DNA from: an uncultured Solirubrobacteraceae bacterium
GTDB lineage: Bacteria; Actinomycetota; Thermoleophilia; Solirubrobacterales; Solirubrobacteraceae
NCBI GenBank assembly: GCA_964588985.1
Contig: CAZPQW010000001.1
Location: 256,001-320,000, forward strand
Reading direction: 5' to 3'
DNA length: 64,000 nucleotides
Part shown: positions 27,692-36,896 of the stretch, one piece after another
Layout of the letters: each line of letters opens with the position of its first letter
How positions within the stretch are numbered: position 1 is the stretch's first letter
The notes under the pieces: generated by a model
Told to the model about the DNA's origin: nothing
The model's database searches: none
The model's input: only the letters and a program-made list of their open reading frames with translations
Program-made: the position numbers and the translations under genes

Positions 27692-28450
27692 ATGAGCATG
27701 TCCAAGTCCAGCGGCGCCACCAACGCCGCATCTCCCCGCAAGCGCGAGGCGCTCGAGCTCTTCAGCGGCCTGCCGCGGAGATACGACGCGCTGTCGGCCG
27801 CGCTCAGCTTCTGGCAGGACCCGCGCTGGCGGCGCGCGTTGGTGGACGAGATCTCGCCGAAGCCAGGTCAGCGCGTGCTCGACGTCGCCACCGGCACGGG
27901 GATGGTCACGGCGGAGCTGCTGAGGCGCTGCGGCGAGTGCACGGTCGTGGGGATCGACCAGAGCGCGGAGATGCTCGGCGCCGCCCGCGCGCGTTTCGCG
28001 AACGACCCGCGCGTGGAGCTGGTCGAAGGCGAAGCCGAGGCGCTGCCGTTTCCCGACGAGAGCTTCGACGCGCTCACCGTCACCTACCTGCTGCGCTACG
28101 TCGAGGACCCGCGCGCGACCATCAGCGAGCTCGCTCGGGTGCTGCGCCCAGGCGCACGCATCGCCTCGCTGGAGTTCGGCGTGCCGCCGCTCGTTCCGGC
28201 GCGCTGGGCGTGGCGCTTCTACACCGCGGTGGGGCTGCCGGTTCTCGGACGGCTCGCGTCGCGCGAGTGGATGGAGGTGGGCCGCTTCCTCGGCCCGAGC
28301 ATCCGCGGCTTCTACGAGCGCCATCCGATCGAGCGGCTCGTGGCCTACTGGCAGGACGCGGGCCTCGAGGACGTGCGCGTACGCCGGATGAGCCTGGGCG
28401 GCGGCGTGGTGATGAGCGCGAGCAAGCGCGGCGATGCGCGCGGGGCCTGA
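27692..28450 (+). CDS. UbiE/MenG-like SAM-dependent methyltransferase
   Basis: YDALSAALSFWQDPRWRR, VLDVATGTG, LPFPDESFD, ELARVLRPG. Confidence 0.85.
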   Translation: MSMSKSSGATNAASPRKREALELFSGLPRRYDALSAALSFWQDPRWRRALVDEISPKPGQRVLDVATGTGMVTAELLRRCGECTVVGIDQSAEMLGAARARFANDPRVELVEGEAEALPFPDESFDALTVTYLLRYVEDPRATISELARVLRPGARIASLEFGVPPLVPARWAWRFYTAVGLPVLGRLASREWMEVGRFLGPSIRGFYERHPIERLVAYWQDAGLEDVRVRRMSLGGGVVMSASKRGDARGA

Positions 28451-29165
28451 GCGCCCGGCGTTCTACGCGCTCGGGCGGGGACGCGCGAGCGAGCTGCTCA
28501 CGCTGCTTCACCCGCCCTACACCGCCTGGCACCTCAGCTACTTCGCGCTCGGTGCGGCCGTCGCGCCGAAGCTGCACGTGGATCGCCTGCTTTGGGGTCT
28601 CGCCGCGTTCGCGCTCGCGGTGGGCGTGGCGGCGCACGCTCTGGACGAGCGCCACGACCGTCCGCTGCGAACCGGCTTCTCCGATCGCACGCTGGGTGTG
28701 CTGGCCGCGTTGAGCCTGCTCGGGGCGGTCGCGATCGGTGTGGGCGGCGTGATCGTGGTCTCTCCGTGGCTCGCGCCGCTCGTGCTCGTGGGCGGCGCGT
28801 TCCTGCCTGCCTACAACCTCGAGCTGGTCGGTGGCCGCTTCCACAGCGACCTGTGGTTCGCGGTCGGCTGGGGCGGCTTCCCGGCCTTCACCGGCTACTT
28901 CGTCAACGCGCAGGAGATCGCGCTGCCGGGGCTGCTGATCGCTGCCGGCTGCACCGCGATGAGCGTCGCCCAGCGGCGGCTGAGCTCTCCCGCGCGCGAG
29001 CTGCGCAGACGCACGCTCAGCGTCGAGGGGGTGCGTACGCTCAGCGACGGTGTCACCGAGCCGCTGTCCGTGGCTGGCCTGCTGGCTCCACTGGACGGCG
29101 CGCTCGCGGCGCTGTCGCTCGCGACCGTCGTCACCGCGTGCGCGTTGGTGGCGGCGCGTCTCTGA
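28434..29165 (+). CDS. multi-TM membrane protein, possibly UbiA-superfamily-like
   Basis: About seven TM segments; LHPPY and AHALDERHDRP at positions resembling the UbiA RP and Asp-rich motifs; overlaps the methyltransferase stop. Confidence 0.6.
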   Translation: MRAGPERPAFYALGRGRASELLTLLHPPYTAWHLSYFALGAAVAPKLHVDRLLWGLAAFALAVGVAAHALDERHDRPLRTGFSDRTLGVLAALSLLGAVAIGVGGVIVVSPWLAPLVLVGGAFLPAYNLELVGGRFHSDLWFAVGWGGFPAFTGYFVNAQEIALPGLLIAAGCTAMSVAQRRLSSPARELRRRTLSVEGVRTLSDGVTEPLSVAGLLAPLDGALAALSLATVVTACALVAARL

Positions 29166-29179
29166 AGGCTGCTGTCCGC

Positions 29180-30253
29180 TCAGCCCGCGAGCAGGTGCGC
29201 GCCCGCGCCGGGGTGCACCTCGTGCGCTTCGTCTGGCCAAGCCACACCAGGCGCGAACAGCGCGAGGACACTCCCCCCGAAGCCTCCGCCGACCACCCGC
29301 GCCCCCGCTGCGCCCGCCTGCATCAGGCGCTCGACGGTTGCCTCGACCGCGGGGGTGGAGACCTCGTATAGGTCGCGCAGGCTCGCGTGGGAGGCGCTCA
29401 GGAGTCGTCCGACCGCAGGCAGGTCGTCAGCTTGCAGGGCCGTGACAGTCTCGCGCACGCGCTCGTTCTCCTCGATCACGTGGATCGCGCGGCGGTCGAG
29501 CGGGGGTGGTAGTCGCGCGGCCTGCTCGGTGGAGGCGTCGCGCAGCGATTCGACCCCCAGCATCACGCAGGCGCGGACGCACTCGGCCCTGCGCTCGTTG
29601 TAGCCGGAGCTGGCGTGAGCGTGTCGCTCGCCGGAGCTCAGCACGACCAGATGCCAGCCGTCGAGCGGGAGTGGCACGGGCTCGACGTCGAGCGTGCGGA
29701 AGTCGATCAGCAGCGCGCTGTCGGGTGCGCCGTGGAGGCAGGCCAGCTGGTCGAGCAGGCCGGTCTGAGCGCCCACCCAGTCGTTCTCCACGCGCGAGCA
29801 CAGCTGGGCTATCTCCAGCCGATTCAGACGCCCGATCCTGCCATCCGATTCGGCCGGTTCGCCATTCCCGCAGCCGAGCTCGGTCAGCGCGAGACAGAGC
29901 GCGACCTCAAGCGCCGCGGAAGACGAGAGCCCCGCGCCTCGTGGCACCTCGCCGCCGATCTCGAGCGTCGCGCCGCCGAGCGGGACTCCGGCACGTCCGA
30001 GCTCCGCCACGACACCTCTGAGATACGCGCGCCACCCCTGCGCGTGAGCAGCGGGCTCCTCGAGCGAGAGCTCGTCGCGCTCGTCCAGGTCGCGTGCGTG
30101 GGCGAGGATGCGGCGATCCTGACGGGCCTCTCCGCGGACGGCGATGCCGTCGGCGATCGCGAACGGCAACGCGAGGCCCTGGTTGTAGTCGGTGTGCTCG
30201 CCGATCAGGTTCACGCGCCCGGGGGCGAACGCGCTGCAGGTTCTAAGCGCCAC
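29180..30253 (-). CDS. galK: galactokinase
   Basis: APGRVNLIGEHTDYN, PRGAGLSSSAA, GARVVGGGFGG. Confidence 0.95.
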   Translation of the reverse strand: MALRTCSAFAPGRVNLIGEHTDYNQGLALPFAIADGIAVRGEARQDRRILAHARDLDERDELSLEEPAAHAQGWRAYLRGVVAELGRAGVPLGGATLEIGGEVPRGAGLSSSAALEVALCLALTELGCGNGEPAESDGRIGRLNRLEIAQLCSRVENDWVGAQTGLLDQLACLHGAPDSALLIDFRTLDVEPVPLPLDGWHLVVLSSGERHAHASSGYNERRAECVRACVMLGVESLRDASTEQAARLPPPLDRRAIHVIEENERVRETVTALQADDLPAVGRLLSASHASLRDLYEVSTPAVEATVERLMQAGAAGARVVGGGFGGSVLALFAPGVAWPDEAHEVHPGAGAHLLAG

Positions 30254-31157
30254 TGGCGATCGCCTCGCGGAGCGTCGCGGCAGACTCCTCCGGAAGTACG
30301 TCGGAGATGAACGTGCCGGCGCCCTGCTCGGAGCCGGCGAGGTACTTGAGCTTCTCCGCGGTGCGCAGCGGCGGATAGAACTCCACATGCAGGTGGCCGC
30401 GTCCCGCGGGCGGCGCGGTGGGCGCCTGGTGGACGGCCATCACGTATGGGAACGGCCGATCGAACAGGGCGTCGTAGCCGAGTACGAGCTTCTGCAGACC
30501 CGCGGCGAGCGCGCGCAGATCCTCCCCGTCGCAGTCGGAGAGGCTCGGGCGATGCTCGCGCATGACGATGTGCGCTTCGTACGGCCAGCGTGCTGCGTGG
30601 GGGATGTACGCGACCACGCGCTCGCTCTCGAACAGCACCCTCCGCCCGTCGTGCAGCTCTCGCTCGAGCAGCGTGCAGGGTGCGCAACCGCCGAGACGAG
30701 CGTCCGCGGCGAGCTCGAGCGCGGGCGCCGGAGGCAGCAACGGGTAGCCGTAGATCTGCCCGTGCGGATGGTGAAGCGTCACGCCCACCTCCACGCCGCG
30801 GTTCTCGAAGATGAACACGTAGTCGATGTCCGCGCGCGCTCCGAGCTCTTCGTAGCGGTGACGCCACACCCACATCAGCGCCTCGGCGCGCTCCGGTGCG
30901 AGCGTTCCGAACGACTCGTCGTGCTCGGCGGTGTAGACGACCACCTCGGCGGCGCCGTGCGGCGCCTCGAACGCGGGGAAGCGGTTGTCGAACACAGCGA
31001 TCTCGAATGTCCCTCGCGGAATCTCCGTGGGCGGGTCACCGGGCTTGGTGGGGCACAGGGGACAGCGGTCGCGCGAGGGCAGGAAGGTGCGATCCTGGCG
31101 ATGGATCGCGTAGTCGACCTGCTCGCCGCGCAGCTCGTTGAAGCGCAGCTCGCTCAC
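30243..31157 (-). CDS. galT: galactose-1-phosphate uridylyltransferase
   Basis: CPLCP, FDNRFP, FENRG, catalytic HPHGQ, KYLAGSE. Confidence 0.93.
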   Translation of the reverse strand: MSELRFNELRGEQVDYAIHRQDRTFLPSRDRCPLCPTKPGDPPTEIPRGTFEIAVFDNRFPAFEAPHGAAEVVVYTAEHDESFGTLAPERAEALMWVWRHRYEELGARADIDYVFIFENRGVEVGVTLHHPHGQIYGYPLLPPAPALELAADARLGGCAPCTLLERELHDGRRVLFESERVVAYIPHAARWPYEAHIVMREHRPSLSDCDGEDLRALAAGLQKLVLGYDALFDRPFPYVMAVHQAPTAPPAGRGHLHVEFYPPLRTAEKLKYLAGSEQGAGTFISDVLPEESAATLREAIASGA

Positions 31158-31333
31158 GTGCGCGGCGGCCGGACAGAGGTGTAGAGAAGCAGCGCGCGGC
31201 CGTCGTCTTTGCTCAGCCGCTCGAGCTCGAGCGGCCCCAAACGCTCACCCGGCTGCGCGCTTTCGCCCGCCGTGTCGCGCTCGCTTTGTTCCCTTGGGCC
31301 GGCGGAGGGCGCGGCGGCGGGTTTCCCAGCCAT
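31154..31333 (-). CDS. 59-aa small protein heading the galT-galK operon
   Basis: TACCCT-N6-ATG start; GTGA overlap with galT; ERLGPLELERLSKDDGRALLLY. Confidence 0.65.
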   Translation of the reverse strand: MAGKPAAAPSAGPREQSERDTAGESAQPGERLGPLELERLSKDDGRALLLYTSVRPPRT

Positions 31334-31523
31334 CGTCCGAGGGTATACCCACACGCAGTGAGGGCTACGCGTGGATATGAACGCTCCGGACGGTCTGCGG
31401 GTTTTCCGCAGTCTGAACGCGGAGTTTCCGCAGAACTGACCATTGACTCCGGCCGCAACAGGGGAGAAGGTAGCAGTGACGCTGTGACGATTAGTCACGG
31501 CCACTCGAATAGAGGAGGCTCCG

Positions 31524-32663
31524 ATGTCTGAGATCGACCATCCGCAGGATGTGGGGGATAGCCTGCGGCAATCCGATGGGTCACGATTCGCCTGGCCCGA
31601 GATCGACCGGCGCTCGTTCCTGCGTCGAACCGCATTGACAGGTGTGGCCGCGGGCTCGGTGAGCACCATCCTCAGCGCATGTGGCTCGGGGGGCGCGAGT
31701 TCCACCAACGCCAGTGGCGGTGGCGGTGGCGGTGGTGCATCGGGCGTGTTCGGCTCGAGCAAGAAATACAAATTCGTGTTCGTCAACCACGTGACGACGA
31801 ACCCGTTCTTCACTCCCACGCAGTACGGGGCGGCGGACGCGTGCAAGCTGCTGGGATGTGAATACCAGTGGACGGGCTCGGAAAACAGCAACGTCAGCCA
31901 GATGGTCAACGCTCTCAACAGCGCCGTGACGAGTGGCGCCGACGGCATCGCGGTCGCGCTGATCGACCTGCACGCGTTCAACGCACCGGTCGAAGCGGCT
32001 ATCAAGGCGGGCATACCGGTGGTCGCCTACAACGCGGATGCGGTCGGCAACGGTCGGCTTGCCTACATCGGCCAGGACCTGTTCAAGGCCGGCGAAGAAA
32101 TGGGCAAGAGGATCGTCGCGGCCGTCGGCTCAGGTGAAGTGGGGCTGTTCATCGCGACTCCGGGCTCGGCGAATCTGCAGCCGCGCATCGAAGGCGCCGA
32201 AAAGGCGATCAAGGACTCAGGCAAGCCGATTACCGCGAAGACGGTCGCGACCGGCGCCGCGGTGGCGCAGGAGCAGCCGGCGATCGAAGCCTGGTATCTC
32301 GGGCACAAGAACGCGAAGGGAATGTACGCGGTCGACGGTGGCAGTACCGAAAGCCTCGCCAAAGTGATGCAGAAGCTTGGCTTGGCGGCCAAAGGCGTCA
32401 AGGCGGGTGGGTTCGACCTCACCGAACAGACCCAGAAGCTGCTGCAGGAAGGCAACATCGAATTCACGATCGACCAGCAGCCTTATCTGCAGGGGTTCAT
32501 CCCGATCCTGCAGCTGTACATGTACAAGGTATCGGGCACGCTGACCGGACTGGCCGAAACGGACACCGGCCTGAAGTTCCTCGACAAGACCACCGTGGAC
32601 CCGTACGTCAAAACGAAATCCCGCTACGAGGGAACCTCCTCGTCGGTCGCGGCGATCGCCTGA
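31524..32663 (+). CDS. sugar ABC transporter substrate-binding lipoprotein (Tat signal)
   Basis: IDRRSFLRR, lipobox LSAC, NPFF, IDQQPYLQG. Confidence 0.92.
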   Translation: MSEIDHPQDVGDSLRQSDGSRFAWPEIDRRSFLRRTALTGVAAGSVSTILSACGSGGASSTNASGGGGGGGASGVFGSSKKYKFVFVNHVTTNPFFTPTQYGAADACKLLGCEYQWTGSENSNVSQMVNALNSAVTSGADGIAVALIDLHAFNAPVEAAIKAGIPVVAYNADAVGNGRLAYIGQDLFKAGEEMGKRIVAAVGSGEVGLFIATPGSANLQPRIEGAEKAIKDSGKPITAKTVATGAAVAQEQPAIEAWYLGHKNAKGMYAVDGGSTESLAKVMQKLGLAAKGVKAGGFDLTEQTQKLLQEGNIEFTIDQQPYLQGFIPILQLYMYKVSGTLTGLAETDTGLKFLDKTTVDPYVKTKSRYEGTSSSVAAIA

Positions 32664-32680
32664 TCGCTCAGTAGTAGGCG

Positions 32681-33814
32681 ATGGCCAGCGTGGCAGAGGA
32701 CCCGGCTGCTCCCTCCCCGCCCTCGGGCGGGGCAGGGAAGGCAGTCGCGGGGCCCCACACGGCATCGCCCGGGAAGCGGGTGCTTGAGCGTCTGCTCTCG
32801 CTGCGCGAGGGCAGCATCATCGTCGTCACGATCGTCGTCGCGGTCTACTTCTCGATCAACACGAGCACCTTCCTGACGGGTGCGAACTTCAAGACGGTGC
32901 TGCCGTACTTTGCGCCGTTCGCGATCCTCGCCGCGGGCGAGGTGTTCGTGATGATTCTCGGGGAGATCGACCTGTCGATCGGGGCGATGTACATGTTCGC
33001 CCCGATCGTCTTCTACAAGCTGGACACCGCCGGCCTGGGTCTGGCGCCGTCGGTGATCCTGGCGCTGTTGGTGTGCATGGTGGTCGGATTGGCCAACGGT
33101 GCGTTCGTCTCGATCGTCGGAGTGAGCTCGTTCGTGACCACGCTGGGGATGCTGTTCACCTTCGAGGGGCTCAGCCTGATCATCTCGCACGGGCAACCCC
33201 AGTCGACGCCTGGGGCGCAGATCCATCAGACGACCGTGCAGGTTCACCACGTGGTCAATGGCCATAGCATTGTGCTGCCCGAAACGGTCAACCACATCAG
33301 CACGTTCGCGAAAATCTTCGGCGGCGGGGTCTACTCTGAGCTGATCTGGGCGGTTGCGATAGTGATCGTGCTGCAGGTCGCGCTGACCTTCAGTCGCTGG
33401 GGCCTGTACACGGTGGCGATCGGATCGAACAAGCTCGGCGCCGCTGAGGCGGGGGTCAAGGTCAAGCTGGTGACGATCCGCAACTTCGTGCTCTGTTCGC
33501 TGACCGCGGGTCTCGTCGGGATCTTCGAGGCGGTCCGCTCGCAGACGATCCAGCCGGACCCCTCGGGCCCCAACAAGATCCTCCTGCTCGCGATCGCCGC
33601 GGCGGTGATCGGTGGCACGTTGCTGGCGGGAGGCTCGGGTACTGTCGTCGGCGCCCTCATCGGCGCGCTGTTCCTGGGGGTCCTCGAAGACGGCTTGATC
33701 CTGCAAGGAGTCAATGCGAACTATCTGCTGTTCTACATCGGCCTGGCGATCGTTGCGGCGATGACAGCGAACGTGTACGTCGGTCGAGTGCGCAGGGGGC
33801 ACGGGAGTGGCTGA
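32681..33814 (+). CDS. monosaccharide ABC transporter permease
   Basis: GEIDLSIG, SFVTTLGM, AIGSN...AAEAGV, IAAAVIGGTLLAGG. Confidence 0.93.
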   Translation: MASVAEDPAAPSPPSGGAGKAVAGPHTASPGKRVLERLLSLREGSIIVVTIVVAVYFSINTSTFLTGANFKTVLPYFAPFAILAAGEVFVMILGEIDLSIGAMYMFAPIVFYKLDTAGLGLAPSVILALLVCMVVGLANGAFVSIVGVSSFVTTLGMLFTFEGLSLIISHGQPQSTPGAQIHQTTVQVHHVVNGHSIVLPETVNHISTFAKIFGGGVYSELIWAVAIVIVLQVALTFSRWGLYTVAIGSNKLGAAEAGVKVKLVTIRNFVLCSLTAGLVGIFEAVRSQTIQPDPSGPNKILLLAIAAAVIGGTLLAGGSGTVVGALIGALFLGVLEDGLILQGVNANYLLFYIGLAIVAAMTANVYVGRVRRGHGSG

Positions 33815-34649
33815 CGTGCAGGCATCCACTCCTGGAATAGTCGGCCCGGCATCGGCGCCGGACGATGTGCTGCGCGTCGAGCACATCTCCAAGCGCTTCG
33901 GCCCGGTCACGGCGCTGCGCGACGTGAGCCTGCACCTGAAAAAGGGAGAGGTGCTGGGCCTGCTCGGCGACAACGGCGCGGGCAAGTCGACGCTGATCAA
34001 GATCCTGTGCGGATTTCAGAAGCAGGACGGGGGCAAGATGTTCCTGCACGGGCAGCCGTACGAGCCTAAGAGCGTCGACGACGCCCGCGCACATGGCATC
34101 GAGACCGTCTACCAGGACCTCGCGCTGATCGACGAACTGTCGGTCTACCACAACCTTTTCTTGCGCAAGGAGCGCGTCCACCGGCCGATCCCGCTGCTGG
34201 CGAACCGTCAGATGAAGCGCGAAGCGCGCAAGGCTCTGGACGAGATCGGGATCAACATTCCGCGGATCGACGTATCGGTGGCCAGGCTGTCCGGCGGCCA
34301 GCGCCAGGCGATCGCGGTGGCGCGCACGGTGAACTCCGACGCGGACATCATCCTGCTCGACGAGCCGCTCGCGGCGATGGGAGCCAAGGAGGGCGCGATG
34401 ATCCTCGACCTCGTGGCGCGCCTGAAGGCGGAGGGGAAGGTCTCGATCATCATGATCCTCCACAACTACGTCCACGTGCTCGAGGCTTGCGACCGCGTGA
34501 GCATGATCCAGGACGGCGCCATCGCGCTCGACAAGCCGACCGCTGACACCTCGGTCGACGAGCTCACCGAGATCGTCGTCAACGAGTACCGGCGAGCGCG
34601 GACCGCGGCCCACGAAGCGGAGGCCGCAGTGAGAAGCGGGGGCGTCTAG
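33807..34649 (+). CDS. monosaccharide ABC transporter ATPase
   Basis: GDNGAGKST, VYQDLAL, LSGGQRQ, LLDEP. Confidence 0.93.
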   Translation: MADVQASTPGIVGPASAPDDVLRVEHISKRFGPVTALRDVSLHLKKGEVLGLLGDNGAGKSTLIKILCGFQKQDGGKMFLHGQPYEPKSVDDARAHGIETVYQDLALIDELSVYHNLFLRKERVHRPIPLLANRQMKREARKALDEIGINIPRIDVSVARLSGGQRQAIAVARTVNSDADIILLDEPLAAMGAKEGAMILDLVARLKAEGKVSIIMILHNYVHVLEACDRVSMIQDGAIALDKPTADTSVDELTEIVVNEYRRARTAAHEAEAAVRSGGV

Positions 34650-34658
34650 CTGTAGTTC

Positions 34659-35318
34659 CTAGGAGCGTTCGTCAGTTGTGAGCAGCTGCTCGATGTAAGG
34701 GCCGAGCAGTTCTGAGATCGATGCGGCGGTCATGCTGGCGGGGCCCTTGGGCAGCGCGGCGTAGCTGATCGCGAGGCGCACGAGGCACTCGCTGAGCAAC
34801 TGTGCGCCTGCGGGCTCCACGCCGGGCCAGCCGTCGAGCATGACCGCGGTGAGACGCTCGGAGGTGCTCTCCACGATCGGCTTGCCCTGCGTGGTGAACA
34901 GCGCGAGCAGCTCCTCCGCGCCTTCGCCGTGAACGATCGTGCGTACGAGCGGGTTCTCCGCGGCGGCGGTGAGGAAGACGTCGAACGCGGCTGCGAGCGC
35001 AGCGGCGGGATCGTCGAGATTGTTGGTGACCGCGTCTTCGACGGACGCGAGGAAGCTGGTCGCCTCGCGCATCAGCAGCAGCTGCGAGAACTCCTCCCGC
35101 GAGCCGAACTCCTTGTAGAGGGTCTGGCGGCTGACCCCCGCGGCGAGCGCGATGTCCGCCATCGTGATGTCGGCCCAGCGGCGTGTCTGCAGCTCGTGGC
35201 AGGCGGCGTCGAGCAGCGTGTTGCGCAGCAGCTCGCGGGCGGCGACGGAGTAGGGCTGACGCTGCTTGACGGCCGGCACGCGCTCAACCGTAGCGGCGCC
35301 CGGCGCTCCCGGCGTCAC
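34659..35318 (-). CDS. TetR-family regulator of the alkB operon (AlkX/AlkU-like)
   Basis: ITMADIALAAGVSRQTLYKEFGSR; last gene of alkB-rub operon. Confidence 0.9.
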   Translation of the reverse strand: MTPGAPGAATVERVPAVKQRQPYSVAARELLRNTLLDAACHELQTRRWADITMADIALAAGVSRQTLYKEFGSREEFSQLLLMREATSFLASVEDAVTNNLDDPAAALAAAFDVFLTAAAENPLVRTIVHGEGAEELLALFTTQGKPIVESTSERLTAVMLDGWPGVEPAGAQLLSECLVRLAISYAALPKGPASMTAASISELLGPYIEQLLTTDERS

Positions 35319-35488
35319 GACTCCGGCCCGTCGCGCTCGAAGTCCACCTTGTCGCGCACCCCGCAGTCCGGGCAGGCCCAGTCGTCGGGTACCTCGCTCC
35401 ACGGCGTGCCGGGCGGGAAACCCTCGCGCGGGTGCCCGCGCTCCTCGTCGTAGAGGTAGTCGCAGGCGGGGCAGCGGTAGCTGCTCAT
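35315..35488 (-). CDS. rubA: rubredoxin (RubA/AlkG1 type)
   Basis: YRCPACDYLYDE...WACPDCGVRDKVDF. Confidence 0.92.
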   Translation of the reverse strand: MSSYRCPACDYLYDEERGHPREGFPPGTPWSEVPDDWACPDCGVRDKVDFERDGPES

Positions 35489-36696
35489 GCCGCCGCCCGG
35501 TAGCGGCTCAACGTCCTCTCGCGCAGGCCCGGCCTGATGTTCGCCAGCTCCAGCTGACCCCGGTAGTGCTCGAGCACGCGATGGTCCATCACCACTCGCC
35601 ACAGGGGCGGGACGATCGCGAGCACGATCATGCCCGCGTAGCCGGTGGGCAGCTGCGGAGCGTCATCGACGTGGCGCAACGCCTGGTAGCGGCGGATGGG
35701 GTTGGCGTGGTGGTCGGAGTGGCGCTGGAGGTGGTAGAGCAGCACGTTGGAGGCGGCGCTGTTGCTGTTCCAGCTGTGCTCTGGGCGCGTCCGCTCGTAG
35801 CGCCCGTCCTCGCGCTTCTGGCGCATCAGGCCGTAGTGCTCGAGGTAGTTGACGACCTCCAGCAGCGAGAAGCCGAACACCGCCTGGATCAGCAGGTAGG
35901 GCAGGACGACCACGCCGAAGATCGCGACGAGCGCGCCGAACAGGACGACCGTCATGCCCCACGCGTTGAGGATGTCGTTCCGGGGGCTCAGCATTGAGGT
36001 GCCGACACGGCGCAGGCGCACCCGTTCGAGCTCCCACGCCGAGCGCAGGCTGCCGAGGATGGTGCGCGGCAGGAAGCGGTAGAAGCTCTCGCCGAGGCGG
36101 GCGCTGGCGGGGTCCTCGGGCGTGGCGACGCGCACGTGGTGGCCGCGGTTGTGCTCGATGAAGAAGTGCCCGTACCCGCTCTGGGCGAGCGCCACCTTGC
36201 TCAGCCAGCGCTCGAGCGAGTCGCGCTTGTGTCCGAGCTCGTGCGCGGTGTTGATCGCCACGCCGCTGACCATCGCGACGGTCAGCGCCAGCCCGACGTT
36301 CTCGAGCGTGGACAGGTTGCCGCGGGACCACATCCAGCAGGCGAAGACCAGGCCGGCGTACTGGATTGGGATGTAGAGGTAGGTGCACCAGCGGTAGTAG
36401 CGGTCCTGTTCGAGCCACTTGATGACGCTGTCGGGGGGGTTGCTGGCGTCAGCGCCGATCGCGAGGTCGAGCAGCGGGAAGATGCCGAAGATGAGCACCG
36501 GTCCGTAGAACCAGAACACGCCCAGGCCTGTGAGTTCGACGAGGCCCCAGGAGAGGAACGGAAGCGTGGGCACGACCAGGCCGAGCAGCCACGCGTAGCG
36601 CTTCGGGTCGCGCCAGACCGCGTCCGTGGGCTCAGCATCGGCGCCAAGCGATTGGACGGCGGCGGGTTGTGCGCTGGCTGCTGCGGGTGTGGACAT
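35485..36696 (-). CDS. alkB: alkane 1-monooxygenase
   Basis: HELGHK, EHNRGHH, NYLEHYGL, LQRHSDHHA histidine boxes; GAGGAGG RBS. Confidence 0.96.
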   Translation of the reverse strand: MSTPAAASAQPAAVQSLGADAEPTDAVWRDPKRYAWLLGLVVPTLPFLSWGLVELTGLGVFWFYGPVLIFGIFPLLDLAIGADASNPPDSVIKWLEQDRYYRWCTYLYIPIQYAGLVFACWMWSRGNLSTLENVGLALTVAMVSGVAINTAHELGHKRDSLERWLSKVALAQSGYGHFFIEHNRGHHVRVATPEDPASARLGESFYRFLPRTILGSLRSAWELERVRLRRVGTSMLSPRNDILNAWGMTVVLFGALVAIFGVVVLPYLLIQAVFGFSLLEVVNYLEHYGLMRQKREDGRYERTRPEHSWNSNSAASNVLLYHLQRHSDHHANPIRRYQALRHVDDAPQLPTGYAGMIVLAIVPPLWRVVMDHRVLEHYRGQLELANIRPGLRERTLSRYRAAA

Positions 36697-36740
36697 GGGC
36701 TGGCGACCTCCTCTGTTGGGGCACGGCCGTTTCGCGCCGC

Positions 36741-36768
36741 ACTTTACAGCGATACGCAGTCGTGTCAA
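36741..36768 (-). promoter_or_regulatory. sigma70-type promoter of alkB, overlapped by an imperfect inverted repeat (candidate TetR operator)
   Basis: Minus strand TTGACA-N16-TAAAGT; plus strand TTTACA...TGTCAA. Confidence 0.6.
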
Positions 36769-36896
36769 GCAAAGTTACACACTGGCCGCAGTTGTCCTGC
36801 GTCGTGGGTGCGCCTCGCAAGACGGCGTGCACGGCTTTGACGGCCGGTACACTCGACTGGGCCGGTGTTCGAATTCGGAAAGCTCGTGAGGTCCTG

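Noticed and set aside
24563-28324. 1253-aa ORF in the track
   Set aside because: Only the last 455 aa are photolyase; the rest is off-frame or antisense to three real genes, a high-GC artefact.
31483-31499. CRP site upstream of the sugar ABC operon
   Set aside because: TGTGA-N7-TCACG has the wrong spacing for CRP (N6); kept only as a generic palindrome.
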